Assembly (NCBI GenBank): GCA_029856635.1
Contig: JAHKLH010000001.1
Coordinates: 1 to 37,163, forward strand
DNA: 37,163 bases
Direction: 5' to 3'
Source of the DNA: Candidatus Njordarchaeota archaeon
GTDB taxonomy: Archaea > Asgardarchaeota > Njordarchaeia > Njordarchaeales > JAHKLH01
The position numbers and the translations under genes were made by a program. Below the pieces are notes generated by a model, which ran no database searches, was not told where the DNA came from, and was given only the letters and a program-made list of their open reading frames with translations. Of the stretch, positions 1 through 9,179 are shown piece by piece (within the stretch, counting starts at the first letter, position 1; every line of letters starts with the position of its first letter).

Positions 1-439
1 CATGAAGCTAGTTATATTGTGATTAAGCGCGGTGAGAGTATGCAGGCTACGATATAGGGCTTATCTGGTGATTAATTTAGGCTTAAGGCAATGTATTTAT
101 GCGAGTCTAAACCATACCAGCGTTGAGAAATGTGCGCGCTATGTGCTCGTTGGCTACTAAAAACTCTGAAATATAAGGATTAACTGCTACCAAAAGATAC
201 CATGAAATTTGGCGCTAAACATGCGGAGATGCTCAAGACCTATTTGCAAAAATAGCGTTTATACTTTTCAGTGAAGGTATTCTGTTTCCCTAAAAAGACT
301 CGCTTGGTGTTTTTAAATTAAAGAAGCACTATTACACGAATCTCAGTAATTCTTTTAAAATAAGAGAATAAGTATTTATTAATATATACATTTTCCCTTG
401 TTTTAATATCATTATATGTGAGAATAATCGTGTCTAGAG

Positions 440-1387
440 ATGGTACTTAAAGCACGAACAGTTGTATTCAAATTATACCATCCACTTGACAAGTTTCTTC
501 GGATTGATCGAATGCCGCATATTTGGTGTTCGGGATGTGGTATTGGTCCTGCGCTTTCTGCTTTGTTTAGGGCTTTAGATAAATTGAGTATTCCGATAAA
601 GAGAACGATCTTTGTATCTGGAATTGGGTGTACTGGACGTGTTGCTGGCTATTGGAGAGGTGATGGACTTCATGTTACGCATGGTAGACCTATTCCAGTA
701 GCTTTAGCAATAAAGTTGGTTCGTCCTGATTTAAATGTTATTGTGTTTAGTGGAGATGGAGATTTGGCGACTATTGGTGGAAATCATTTAATTCATGCGG
801 CTCGTAGAAATCATGATCTTCTCGTTGTTTTGATTAATAACTACAACTATGGAATGACGGGGGGACAGTATGGTGCTACAACGCCCACTGGAGCTAGAAC
901 TTCTTCTTCACCTTATGGAAATATTGAGCGTCCATTTAATATTCCGTATTTAGTTGCAGGTGCTGGAGCACCTTATGTAGCTAGGTGGACTTCACTGCAT
1001 GTTCATAGACTTTACGAGACTTTTGTTGATGCTCTACAAAAGAGAGGATTTCGGTTAATTGAAGTTATTGCCCAATGTCCGACGAATTTTGGTCGTCGAA
1101 ATAGGATGCCAGATGCTATGGATATGCTTGAATATTTTAGAAGGAATAGCGTGATTTGGAATAATGCTCCGCTTCATGAAGTAGGATTAGATAGGCCTGA
1201 TGGAAAAATTATTATTGGAAAGTTCTTGGACATTACTGATAAGATTCCGACTTATGAGGAGAGATACCTATCACTCCTTCAAAAATTAGGCGCCAAACTT
1301 CGTGCTAAGGTAATTGGAGAATACATTGAAATTGATCCCGCAAAGTTCCTTGAGGAATTTAGAAAACCTAACTTTTATTCAAAGTAG
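440..1387 (+). CDS. 2-oxoacid:ferredoxin oxidoreductase, beta (TPP-binding) subunit (KorB/PorB/VorB family)
   Basis: 315-aa ORF. It carries WCSGCGIG, GIGCTGR, the TPP/Mg block GDGDLATIGGNH and NNYNYGMTGGQ, all typical of OFOR beta subunits. No alpha subunit gene lies next to it. Confidence 0.8.
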   Translation: MVLKARTVVFKLYHPLDKFLRIDRMPHIWCSGCGIGPALSALFRALDKLSIPIKRTIFVSGIGCTGRVAGYWRGDGLHVTHGRPIPVALAIKLVRPDLNVIVFSGDGDLATIGGNHLIHAARRNHDLLVVLINNYNYGMTGGQYGATTPTGARTSSSPYGNIERPFNIPYLVAGAGAPYVARWTSLHVHRLYETFVDALQKRGFRLIEVIAQCPTNFGRRNRMPDAMDMLEYFRRNSVIWNNAPLHEVGLDRPDGKIIIGKFLDITDKIPTYEERYLSLLQKLGAKLRAKVIGEYIEIDPAKFLEEFRKPNFYSK

Positions 1388-1534
1388 GATCTTTTGCAAC
1401 ATTTTGGTTTGGTTTGAAATATTTTCTTTAGTTTTTGATGCTGTGTTAGTCGTTATTTTAACATCGTAATAATATTAGAAGATGTTATTTTCATAACTTA
1501 AAAAGACTTTTAGCTTTGACTTTGGTATATCTTC

Positions 1535-1942
1535 ATGGGATGTATAGTGAGAGTTATTAAACTCATTCGAATAATGTTTGAGGGAAAAAGCATAGAATGC
1601 GATGCATTATTTGATAGTGGAGCATCTGTAACTGTAATTAGTACTAGGTTCTTTGAGAAAAATTTTGGAAGAAAATGGCAAATTTTGCAGAAACCTATCA
1701 AGATTTTCTGGATTAATGGTAGTCTTATAGAAGTTAGCAAATTTGTTCAAATTTTTATTCAAGTTGATAATTTAATATTTCCAGAAACTGTGTTTCTTAT
1801 TGATGAGTTCGTTGAGAAAATAATTGTTAATGAAAAAGAAATTAAAATTCCTCAGGTGATTATTGGTGCTGGTACTATGGACAAATATGGTATTATTTTG
1901 GATCCAAAGGAGGATATAAAAACATCTGCAATAATGTTATAA
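1535..1942 (+). CDS. retropepsin-like (clan AA) aspartic protease
   Basis: 135-aa ORF. It has the catalytic-type D-S-G-A motif (ALFDSGASVTVIS) and the C-terminal block VIIGAGTMDKYGIILDP, as in single-lobe retropepsin-like proteases that act as dimers. Confidence 0.6.
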   Translation: MGCIVRVIKLIRIMFEGKSIECDALFDSGASVTVISTRFFEKNFGRKWQILQKPIKIFWINGSLIEVSKFVQIFIQVDNLIFPETVFLIDEFVEKIIVNEKEIKIPQVIIGAGTMDKYGIILDPKEDIKTSAIML

Positions 1943-2016
1943 ATCCTTTTCTAATCGTTTAAAAATGTATGTTGTGCTTTGATTTTTCGCGTGAGAAATA
2001 ATTTTGGGGGATATCT

Positions 2017-2541
2017 TTGGATGAGCTGGATTTAATTGATAAGGCAAAAAATGACTTTAAGCTCTCATTAAGCTTATTAGAAAAGGGTGATGTTAGAGAT
2101 GCCGCTGAAAAGGCTTGGATGGCAATAGAAAATATTCGTAAAGCACTTTTAGTTGCTGTCAAAATACCGTATGAAATTGCGAAAACCGTTGTTAATGGTG
2201 TTCCGTTATTCAGTAAAATCTTAAAAATTCTTGGGAAAAAAAGAACTTGCTTAGAATGTACTTCTATTTTAACAGCAGGCTTAATACACTTGGTTTTTTA
2301 CGAGATGGTAATCCCGGATGGTGAATTAGAGGAAATCATCAGAAACGAAGTACCCCAATGGATTGAGGAGATGATAAATGTGATAAATTCTGTAAAGCAT
2401 GTAGATTTATCTCACTTAGTTGAAATAATAGAAAAAATGAATAAAATTAAGGCTGAAATACTCAGAAAATCAAGGGAATATTTAGACCTTAGTGAGCAAT
2501 TAAGCAAAGAAATAGCTACAGTTTTAGTTAAAAGACATTAG
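2017..2541 (+). CDS. PaREP1-like helical protein (HEPN-related fold)
   Basis: 174-aa ORF with a TTG start preceded by GGGGG. The blocks LLEKGDVRDAAEKAWMAIENIRKAL and LIHLVFYEMVIPDGELEE resemble the archaeal PaREP1 family. I saw no Rx4-6H motif. Confidence 0.5.
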   Translation: MDELDLIDKAKNDFKLSLSLLEKGDVRDAAEKAWMAIENIRKALLVAVKIPYEIAKTVVNGVPLFSKILKILGKKRTCLECTSILTAGLIHLVFYEMVIPDGELEEIIRNEVPQWIEEMINVINSVKHVDLSHLVEIIEKMNKIKAEILRKSREYLDLSEQLSKEIATVLVKRH

Positions 2542-2731
2542 AAAATTTAGCATTAATTTCTGCTCTCGATATCCGTCATAACGGATGTCAAAATAAAGCT
2601 AATAAAAGCTTCATTAAAAGATGTGAGGCAGTCAAAATTCTGACTATAATTTGAAACATTCGTATTGATTTTTTGTGAAGTATAAATTTCATTAAGTATT
2701 TATTAATTCTTTACTTGGTTAAGAAGTCTAA

Positions 2732-3118
2732 GTGTCTACCATGGAATTTCCAAATGAGCTAGCGAAAAAAATCTTTGAAATTTCTGGACAAAATGTTTAT
2801 TCTTGCATGCAATGCGGAAAATGCAGCGCGGGGTGTCCTAATGTTGATTTTATGGATGTTACGCCAAATCAAGTTATTCACATGATTCAAGTTGGAGATG
2901 AAAATGTATTACATGTTAAAACTCCGTGGGTTTGTGCTAATTGTTTAACATGCACTATAAGATGTCCAAGAGATGTGGATCTTGCGGCAATAATGGAGGC
3001 CATTCGTCATTTGTCATCGCTTCGTGCGGGAATTTACAGAATTGATTTAAATAAAGTTGGAAAAGAAGGTTTCCCACAAATAGTTTTAGTTGCTGTTGCA
3101 AGAAAATACACACTCTGA
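2732..3118 (+). CDS. hdrC: heterodisulfide reductase subunit C-like 4Fe-4S protein
   Basis: Two Cys clusters are present, CMQCGKCSAGCP and CANCLTCTIRCP. Its size and position directly upstream of an HdrB-like gene fit HdrC. The ORF opens at GTG 2732, but ATG 2741 is an equally plausible start. Confidence 0.7.
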   Translation: MSTMEFPNELAKKIFEISGQNVYSCMQCGKCSAGCPNVDFMDVTPNQVIHMIQVGDENVLHVKTPWVCANCLTCTIRCPRDVDLAAIMEAIRHLSSLRAGIYRIDLNKVGKEGFPQIVLVAVARKYTL

Positions 3119-3121
3119 GAG

Positions 3122-3991
3122 GTGATGAGAATGAAATTGCTATACTTCCCAGGCTGTTCATTGAAAACATATGCTACGGTCTATGAAAAAACCGCATTAG
3201 AAGTTTTAAGGGCGCTTGGTTTTGAGGTATATGAGCTTGAGCGATGGAACTGTTGTGGAGCTGAATTTACTTCTGCAATTGACTTCTTCATGCACCACGT
3301 AGGTGCCGTGAGAGATTTAATTAGAGCTCAAGAGATGCAAAGAAAATATGGAACAAATAAATTACTTACCCTTTGTCCTCTTTGTTATAATGTACTTGCC
3401 CTCGTGAATCAAAAGCTAAAGCAGGATCAAGAATTCTATGAGCGAGTTTCATCATTTATGGATGATGAGGAAAAATATGAACTTGGTATAAAAGTTATTC
3501 ATCTAGTATCAGTATTACGAGAGATCCCTCCTGAGAAAATAAAAGAAAAAGTAACAAAGCCTTTATCAGAATTTAATGTAGCTGTTTATTACGGTTGCAA
3601 GCTTGCTCGTCCAAAAGAAGTAGCAATAATAGATCCAGAAGACCCCTTAATCATTGAAAGAGTCATAGAGGAACTTAATGCATCATCTGTAGATTGGTCA
3701 TACAAGACTGAATGCTGTGGTGCGTATCTCATTGCTACAAATAAAGATGCTGCAAAGAATGCCGTGGAAAGAATTATTTATGATGCTATTGATAATGGTG
3801 CAAACATCATTGCGACAGTTTGCCCACTTTGTCACTTCAACCTCACTTACGTTCAGGAAAAATTAATGAAACATCGCAAAATAGTCCCAGTTGTCTACAT
3901 AACTGAACTACTCGCTTTAGCATTTGGTATGGAAAGCTTAATTGAACCAAGAAAACTAAAAACGATTAAAGCAGTTGTGCAAAGACGCTGA
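3122..3991 (+). CDS. hdrB: heterodisulfide reductase subunit B-like protein (two CCG domains)
   Basis: It begins YFPGCS and has two CCG-domain signatures (NCCGAEF with CPLCYN, then ECCGAY with CPLCHFN). The likely real start is ATG 3131 (MKLLYFPGC), 5 nt after GGTGA. The 3-nt gap to hdrC implies an operon. Confidence 0.75.
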   Translation: MMRMKLLYFPGCSLKTYATVYEKTALEVLRALGFEVYELERWNCCGAEFTSAIDFFMHHVGAVRDLIRAQEMQRKYGTNKLLTLCPLCYNVLALVNQKLKQDQEFYERVSSFMDDEEKYELGIKVIHLVSVLREIPPEKIKEKVTKPLSEFNVAVYYGCKLARPKEVAIIDPEDPLIIERVIEELNASSVDWSYKTECCGAYLIATNKDAAKNAVERIIYDAIDNGANIIATVCPLCHFNLTYVQEKLMKHRKIVPVVYITELLALAFGMESLIEPRKLKTIKAVVQRR

Positions 3992-4073
3992 TTCACTATG
4001 TTGAGAAGTATATAAAACTATAACATCTCTTTATTCAAACAACTATTATATGTTTTTTGGATGGTGCTGAAGA

Positions 4074-4403
4074 ATGATAAAGGAAGAGGAATTACGGAAA
4101 TCAATGCTATCCCAATTAGAAGAAAAACGAAAATGGAAATTAGCTCAAAGATACAAATTAAAAGTAAAACGTGGTCAAGTTTATGTAATAAAAGACCGTT
4201 GCAAAGGCTGTGGAATCTGCATTAATCTATGTCCAATGCAAGTGCTTCAGTTCAGTGAAGATTTTAATGAGAAGGGATACCATTATCCAATTCTGGTTGA
4301 AAATCCCCCTACGAAATATTGCATCGCGTGTCATACTTGCGAGTGGCACTGCCCTGATTTTGCAATATTCGTGGAAGAAGTAGAAGAGGTAATGGGAGAA
4401 TAA
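4074..4403 (+). CDS. 2x[4Fe-4S] ferredoxin, OFOR delta-subunit (PorD/KorD)-like
   Basis: 109 aa with CKGCGICINLCP and CIACHTCEWHCPDFAI. The spacing and the flanking 'VYVIKDRC' match delta-type ferredoxin subunits. Confidence 0.65.
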   Translation: MIKEEELRKSMLSQLEEKRKWKLAQRYKLKVKRGQVYVIKDRCKGCGICINLCPMQVLQFSEDFNEKGYHYPILVENPPTKYCIACHTCEWHCPDFAIFVEEVEEVMGE

Positions 4404-4577
4404 CTCGTTTTAGAGAAGAGTATTTAGACTGTGGAGTATTCTGGACAATATCGAATTTCAGAGTTCGTTTGACTTATGTTTGATTACATAACTGATAATT
4501 TCATTGAATAATTGTTCATTGTAGTACTTGCAATACATTTTTCGGAGTTAGATTATCACTCTCTGGGGAATCCTAAT

Positions 4578-6194
4578 TTAATCCCTGCTTTGTCCTTTAC
4601 GTTTTTGCAATATTCTCTTAAGGACTCTTCTTATGGTGTCTTCAGGAAAATCGATTACTTCTCTTATTTCTCTAACTGTCTTTTTACCAAGTTTAAAGTA
4701 AGCATAAGAAACCATGTGTTCGAGAGTTATGCTTCTCAAACGTCTAAGAATTGGAGCACGAAGCTTCTCCATTTCCTCTACAAGTTCTAACGCATTTAGG
4801 AGTGTTAAGCAGTAGTGTCTTCCTGAATATTTTTCTTGCTTTAGCATTTCATCTATGAGAGCATTCCAATCAATTTTTCCTTTTCTCATGATGCGAGCAA
4901 TATCCAGTACGTCTCTCATTCTACCAGTTATCGCTTTCATTAAAATTAAATCTGTGTCGCTTGCGAAGAGTATAATAAGATTTTCAAATTTCTTTACCTC
5001 TGCTCGGGAAAGCATCGAGTCTGTTACGAATAATTTATCATTTATTCTTTTGACATACACATCTACTCTTGGAAGAAATTTACATTCAAAACTCATTCTA
5101 AAGCGTTCTTTTACAGTTGGATGATACCCCATTTTCTTAAGAGCCCTTAGAAATTCATCAGTATCCTCCTCGTTGATTATTACAACATCTACATCCCTAG
5201 TTGCGATTTTATATCCCTTCAGAACCATTACTGCCCCGCCTATTAGGAAAATTTTCACTTCTCTATTCAGATTTCGAGAAATTTCCTCAAAAAATTCTGG
5301 TCCTACTCTTTTTGGAATATGCTTAGTCATATCTACATTATAAACTCGTGCTAATTCAAGAATTTCCTCAAGAGGCAAGGCAAAAGCATTTGGAGGTTCT
5401 TCCCCTCTTATTAGACCCTCTAACTTCATGAGTTCGTTAATAACACCATGCTTGATTGCAAGATTCTTGAGTTTTTCCCAGTCAATTTCATCATAGTATT
5501 TTGCAAGAAGAATCGCAATTAAAGATCGCTGGTACTCATTTTCGGAAACTAGTATTGCATGAATTATTACATCCTCAAGGGAAACCTCTTCCCTTGGAAT
5601 TCTATAATAGTCCCACGGAGTAACTACGTCTATTCCGAATTTTTCGAATGCTGAAAACGCTGTTGGAGTTCCATCAACTTTAACTCCTCTTGGAACTCTA
5701 ACTATCTCGAACTCCCCACATCTATACACAACACCTAATGCTTTTCTCGATGAAATCATCTCAATAAAAACATGCAAATGCGGATCCTCTGGCAACCTAA
5801 ATTTAGATTTATAACGAAGCACAAGTCCTTTTGCCTCTAGCTCTGAAAGAATTTTGCGAACAGATCGCTCACTTAACTTCAGAGCTTTTGCTATCTCAAT
5901 AATAGACATCTCACCACTAAGTAACAGAGAAAGTATTTCTCTTGAATTCTTCTTCAACAGTATGTTCACATCATATTTGGTGCATATCTTCATTAATATT
6001 GGAAGCAAGACTCTGACTATTCGATACTTGGAATTCACTTTTTTTAATATTCCAAGTTCCTCTAATTCTTTCAATTTCCGATACGCTGTAGCCCTAGAAA
6101 TTCCTAGCTCCCTTGAGATATCACTAGCAGAAGCCTCACCAAGTCTCATGAGAAGTTCAAGCACCTCAGCATATCTCGTACTCATGCAAATCAT
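4578..6194 (-). CDS. multi-wHTH protein fused to a nucleotidyltransferase-fold domain (AbiEi/AbiEii-like fusion)
   Basis: 538 aa. There are two N-terminal winged-helix units (ASASDISRELGISRATAYRKLKELEELGILKK and MSIIEIAKALKLSERSVRKILSELEAKGLVLR). The central/C-terminal NTase-like core reads IFLIGGAVMVLKGYKIATRDVDVVI ... ASDTDLILMKAITGRMRDVLDI. A further HTH-like tail follows (TVREIREVIDFPEDTIRRVLKRI). Confidence 0.5.
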   Translation of the reverse strand: MICMSTRYAEVLELLMRLGEASASDISRELGISRATAYRKLKELEELGILKKVNSKYRIVRVLLPILMKICTKYDVNILLKKNSREILSLLLSGEMSIIEIAKALKLSERSVRKILSELEAKGLVLRYKSKFRLPEDPHLHVFIEMISSRKALGVVYRCGEFEIVRVPRGVKVDGTPTAFSAFEKFGIDVVTPWDYYRIPREEVSLEDVIIHAILVSENEYQRSLIAILLAKYYDEIDWEKLKNLAIKHGVINELMKLEGLIRGEEPPNAFALPLEEILELARVYNVDMTKHIPKRVGPEFFEEISRNLNREVKIFLIGGAVMVLKGYKIATRDVDVVIINEEDTDEFLRALKKMGYHPTVKERFRMSFECKFLPRVDVYVKRINDKLFVTDSMLSRAEVKKFENLIILFASDTDLILMKAITGRMRDVLDIARIMRKGKIDWNALIDEMLKQEKYSGRHYCLTLLNALELVEEMEKLRAPILRRLRSITLEHMVSYAYFKLGKKTVREIREVIDFPEDTIRRVLKRILQKRKGQSRD

Positions 6195-6352
6195 CGGAAA
6201 AATTATGATAAAAAATATTTAAAAATGTATCAAAAATTTTCCGACATTTTGAATAATGAATGAATTAATTACACGAATATCATTATAACACTCGCAAATC
6301 AGCCTTTATTGAAATATAGGTTGAGAATTTTCATTATTAACTCAATGCAATC

Positions 6353-7081
6353 CTATCTTCTTATTTCCCTCTTCTCAATCTTCCTCTCATTGTAAAGCTT
6401 ACGCCACACTTCAGGACCCTTCTTTATTAGCTCGTCGATTTCGCGATGATATTTTCCAGTTTCAAGCTCCTTTAACCGCTCCTCCAAGTGCTTGGACTTT
6501 GGAAGCATGTATTTCCCATATAATCTTCTAACCAGCATAAAAATCCAAGGATGAGGAATCTCAGCAGGACATCGTAGGGAGCAAGCGCCGCACATGATGC
6601 AGTCGAACGTCAATTCCGCAGCAGTTCGGATGTCTCCTCGTAGCATTGCTTGGATAGCATCCATAACCTGTAATTCTTGTGGGCATGCTTTTGTACAGGT
6701 ATTGCATGCCACACAGCGAGTTAACTCTGGAAATAGCTTCAAAATTTCAGTTAAATCGGGTTTCAATTCCTCAATTCGGTATTTAGGCTTTTTCGGAGGA
6801 GAGAAATATATATTTGTGAGTTGCATTCCATCTTCAACTTCCGTCTGACATGCCAAACCAGCGTAAAGTCTGAAATCATCTTTCTTTCGGTAGATTGTCA
6901 AGCAAGCTCCACAAAAGCCTTTACGGCATCCTACACCACGCGTGAGACGATATCCAATGTACTCAAGTGCTTTCTGAATAGTTAATCCTTTCAAAACCTT
7001 GTAAGGTTTGCCGAAAACGTATATTGTAACGTACTCTTCTTTCTTCTTTGTTGCTGTCTTTTGTGCCGACATTAATGACAC
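6353..7081 (-). CDS. succinate dehydrogenase/fumarate reductase iron-sulfur subunit (SdhB/FrdB/TfrB)-like protein
   Basis: The 2Fe-2S pattern is CRKGFCGAC...LAC. Two further clusters are CVACNTCTKACP and CIMCGACSLRCP. No flavoprotein subunit is nearby. Confidence 0.65.
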   Translation of the reverse strand: MSLMSAQKTATKKKEEYVTIYVFGKPYKVLKGLTIQKALEYIGYRLTRGVGCRKGFCGACLTIYRKKDDFRLYAGLACQTEVEDGMQLTNIYFSPPKKPKYRIEELKPDLTEILKLFPELTRCVACNTCTKACPQELQVMDAIQAMLRGDIRTAAELTFDCIMCGACSLRCPAEIPHPWIFMLVRRLYGKYMLPKSKHLEERLKELETGKYHREIDELIKKGPEVWRKLYNERKIEKREIRR

Positions 7082-7340
7082 TTAAAACCTCGAAAAATAG
7101 AATATGCATTTTAGTCGTATGGTATATATTTAGCACTTATACTTAAATCTCTTGTAAAACATTTAACTCTTCGGACATAATTTCGTGCATACGCATTATT
7201 TCGAAATGAGAATGGGTTCTTATTGAATAAACTAAGAAAAATCCACAACAACATAAAACATTGTATCGTTTCCTTTCATGAGATATTCCATCGTTTTTAA
7301 ATGTGATAACGTATCATTTAATGAAATTCGGGGGAGAAAA

Positions 7341-9179
7341 ATGAAAGAAGATACAAAAGCACTAATAAGAGCACCAATATGTGCTGTTTTGGGTCACGTA
7401 GATCATGGTAAAACAGCACTTCTAGACAAAATTAGAGGCACAGCCGTTCAAAAGAGGGAAGCTGGTGGTATAACTCAGCACATAGGAGCAAGTTTTATTC
7501 CCACTCCGGTTATTTTTGAAATAATAAAACCTATCGTGGAAGCTGGTATTGTTAAAATTGATCGAAGTAAGTGGCGCGTCCCTGGTCTTTTGTTTATTGA
7601 TACTCCTGGACACGAAACGTTTAGAAATTTACGAGCACGTGGTTCTTCTATTGCTGATTTAGGTATTTTGGTTGTAGATGTTACAGCAGGTTTTCAGCCT
7701 CAGACTTACGAAAGTATAGATCTCTTCCGTAGTTATAAGGTTCCATTTGTTGTGGCTGCCAATAAAATTGATAAGCTTCCTGGCTGGAATCCTCAACCAG
7801 ATATGCCGTTTCTTTTATCTATGAAAAAACAGCCAAAGCCTGCATTGGACGCTCTTGATAGAGCAATTGACCGAATGATAATAAATCTAGCCGACATCGG
7901 TATTTCTGCCGAAAGATTTGATCGTGTTAGAGATTTTGCAAGACAAATTCCAATAGTTCCTACCTCTGCAATAACTGGTGAAGGAATTCCAGAGCTTCTT
8001 CTTGTACTTGTGGGCGTTGCTCAGAGATTTCTAGGAAAGAAACTAAAATTAACGTTATCTCCTGAAGCAAAGGGAGTAATACTCGAAGTTAGGAGAGTTG
8101 AGGGAATTGGTACTGTTATTGATGCTATCATTTACGATGGTATTTTAACTTCTAATAGCTACATCGTTTACATTTCCCGTCATGGTCCTGAAGTAAGAAA
8201 AATTCGCGCATTGCTTATGCCAAAACCATTGGAGGAAATAAGGGATCCTCGAGAAAGATTTTTGGAAGTAGATAAAGTTACTGCAGCGGCAGGAGTTAGA
8301 ATCGTTGCTTCGGATTTAGATGATGCTCTTGCTGGATCTCCTCTTTATGGAATCCCCGCAGATTTGTCAGAACAAGAAGTACAAGTGAAAATAGAACATT
8401 TCAAAAGATTAGCTATCGCCGATATTGCTCATATTAGATTCAAAAAAGCCATTGCTGGTGTTGTTGTTAAAGCTGATACACTTGGATCCCTTGAAGCAAT
8501 TATTGCGAAATTAGATGAAATGCGAATTCCTGTTTCATCTGCCGATGTTGGTCCAGTGGATAAAGAGGATGTTTTTCTGGCAGCAACCATAAGGCAAGAA
8601 AAAGAAGAGTATGGTGTAATTCTTGCTTTTAATGTAGACATAATGGATGAGGCTAAGGAACTTGCAGAAAAGGAGGAGGTAAAAATTATCAGATCTAACA
8701 TCATCTATGAACTTTTCGATCAACTGCGTCAGCATATTTACGAAGTTGAAGAAAAACGTAAGATGGAAATTCTAGCTAATATTCCCTGGCCAGGAAAAAT
8801 TCAGATATTACCAGGTTATGTATTTCGTGTTTCAAAGCCAGCAATAGTGGGAGTTCGAGTCTTGGCTGGAAAGATTAGACCAAAACAGGAGCTTATTCGG
8901 GAAGATGGTCGCGTTGTTGGAAAAATTCTTCAAATACAGAGTGAGGGAAAAAGTCTTCAGGAGGCAGTTGAGGGTATGGACGTAGCTATCTCCATTGATA
9001 AGGCTGTTGTGGGTCGTCATATAAAAGAAGGAATGATCCTCTACGTTCATTTGCGAGAAAGTGAGGTTAAAGAGACCAGAAAATATATGAATCTGCTACC
9101 AAGCTCCACACGCGAAGCGCTTAGAGAATACATAAACATTATGCGAAAGGTTACTAAAAAACCGTGGTGGGGCCTCTGA
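7341..9179 (+). CDS. infB: translation initiation factor aIF5B (IF-2)
   Basis: G1 is GHVDHGKT, G3 is DTPGHE and G4 is NKID. The length and domain order fit aIF5B. I chose ATG 7341 because it follows GGGGGAG; the ORF itself opens at 7278. Confidence 0.9.
   Translation: MKEDTKALIRAPICAVLGHVDHGKTALLDKIRGTAVQKREAGGITQHIGASFIPTPVIFEIIKPIVEAGIVKIDRSKWRVPGLLFIDTPGHETFRNLRARGSSIADLGILVVDVTAGFQPQTYESIDLFRSYKVPFVVAANKIDKLPGWNPQPDMPFLLSMKKQPKPALDALDRAIDRMIINLADIGISAERFDRVRDFARQIPIVPTSAITGEGIPELLLVLVGVAQRFLGKKLKLTLSPEAKGVILEVRRVEGIGTVIDAIIYDGILTSNSYIVYISRHGPEVRKIRALLMPKPLEEIRDPRERFLEVDKVTAAAGVRIVASDLDDALAGSPLYGIPADLSEQEVQVKIEHFKRLAIADIAHIRFKKAIAGVVVKADTLGSLEAIIAKLDEMRIPVSSADVGPVDKEDVFLAATIRQEKEEYGVILAFNVDIMDEAKELAEKEEVKIIRSNIIYELFDQLRQHIYEVEEKRKMEILANIPWPGKIQILPGYVFRVSKPAIVGVRVLAGKIRPKQELIREDGRVVGKILQIQSEGKSLQEAVEGMDVAISIDKAVVGRHIKEGMILYVHLRESEVKETRKYMNLLPSSTREALREYINIMRKVTKKPWWGL

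Noticed and set aside
1-60. 5S rRNA-like snippet (GATTAAGCGCGGTGAGAGTA resembles GAAGTTAAGC...GAGAGTA)
   Set aside because: The surrounding sequence is AT-rich and lacks the conserved 5S helices and the CCGAAC block. In this genome a real rRNA should be strongly GC-rich, like the tRNA at 17170-17274.
2620-2643. C/D-box-like GATGTGA ... CTGA pair
   Set aside because: The C box is not canonical (RUGAUGA), there is no C'/D' pair, and the spacing is too short for a full sRNA. I found no convincing C/D sRNA in the other spacers either.
4512-6222. Plus-strand ORFs 4512-4790, 4855-5124 and 5854-6222
   Set aside because: All are antisense to the 538-aa wHTH-NTase gene, have S/F/I-rich shadow composition, and carry no recognisable motifs.
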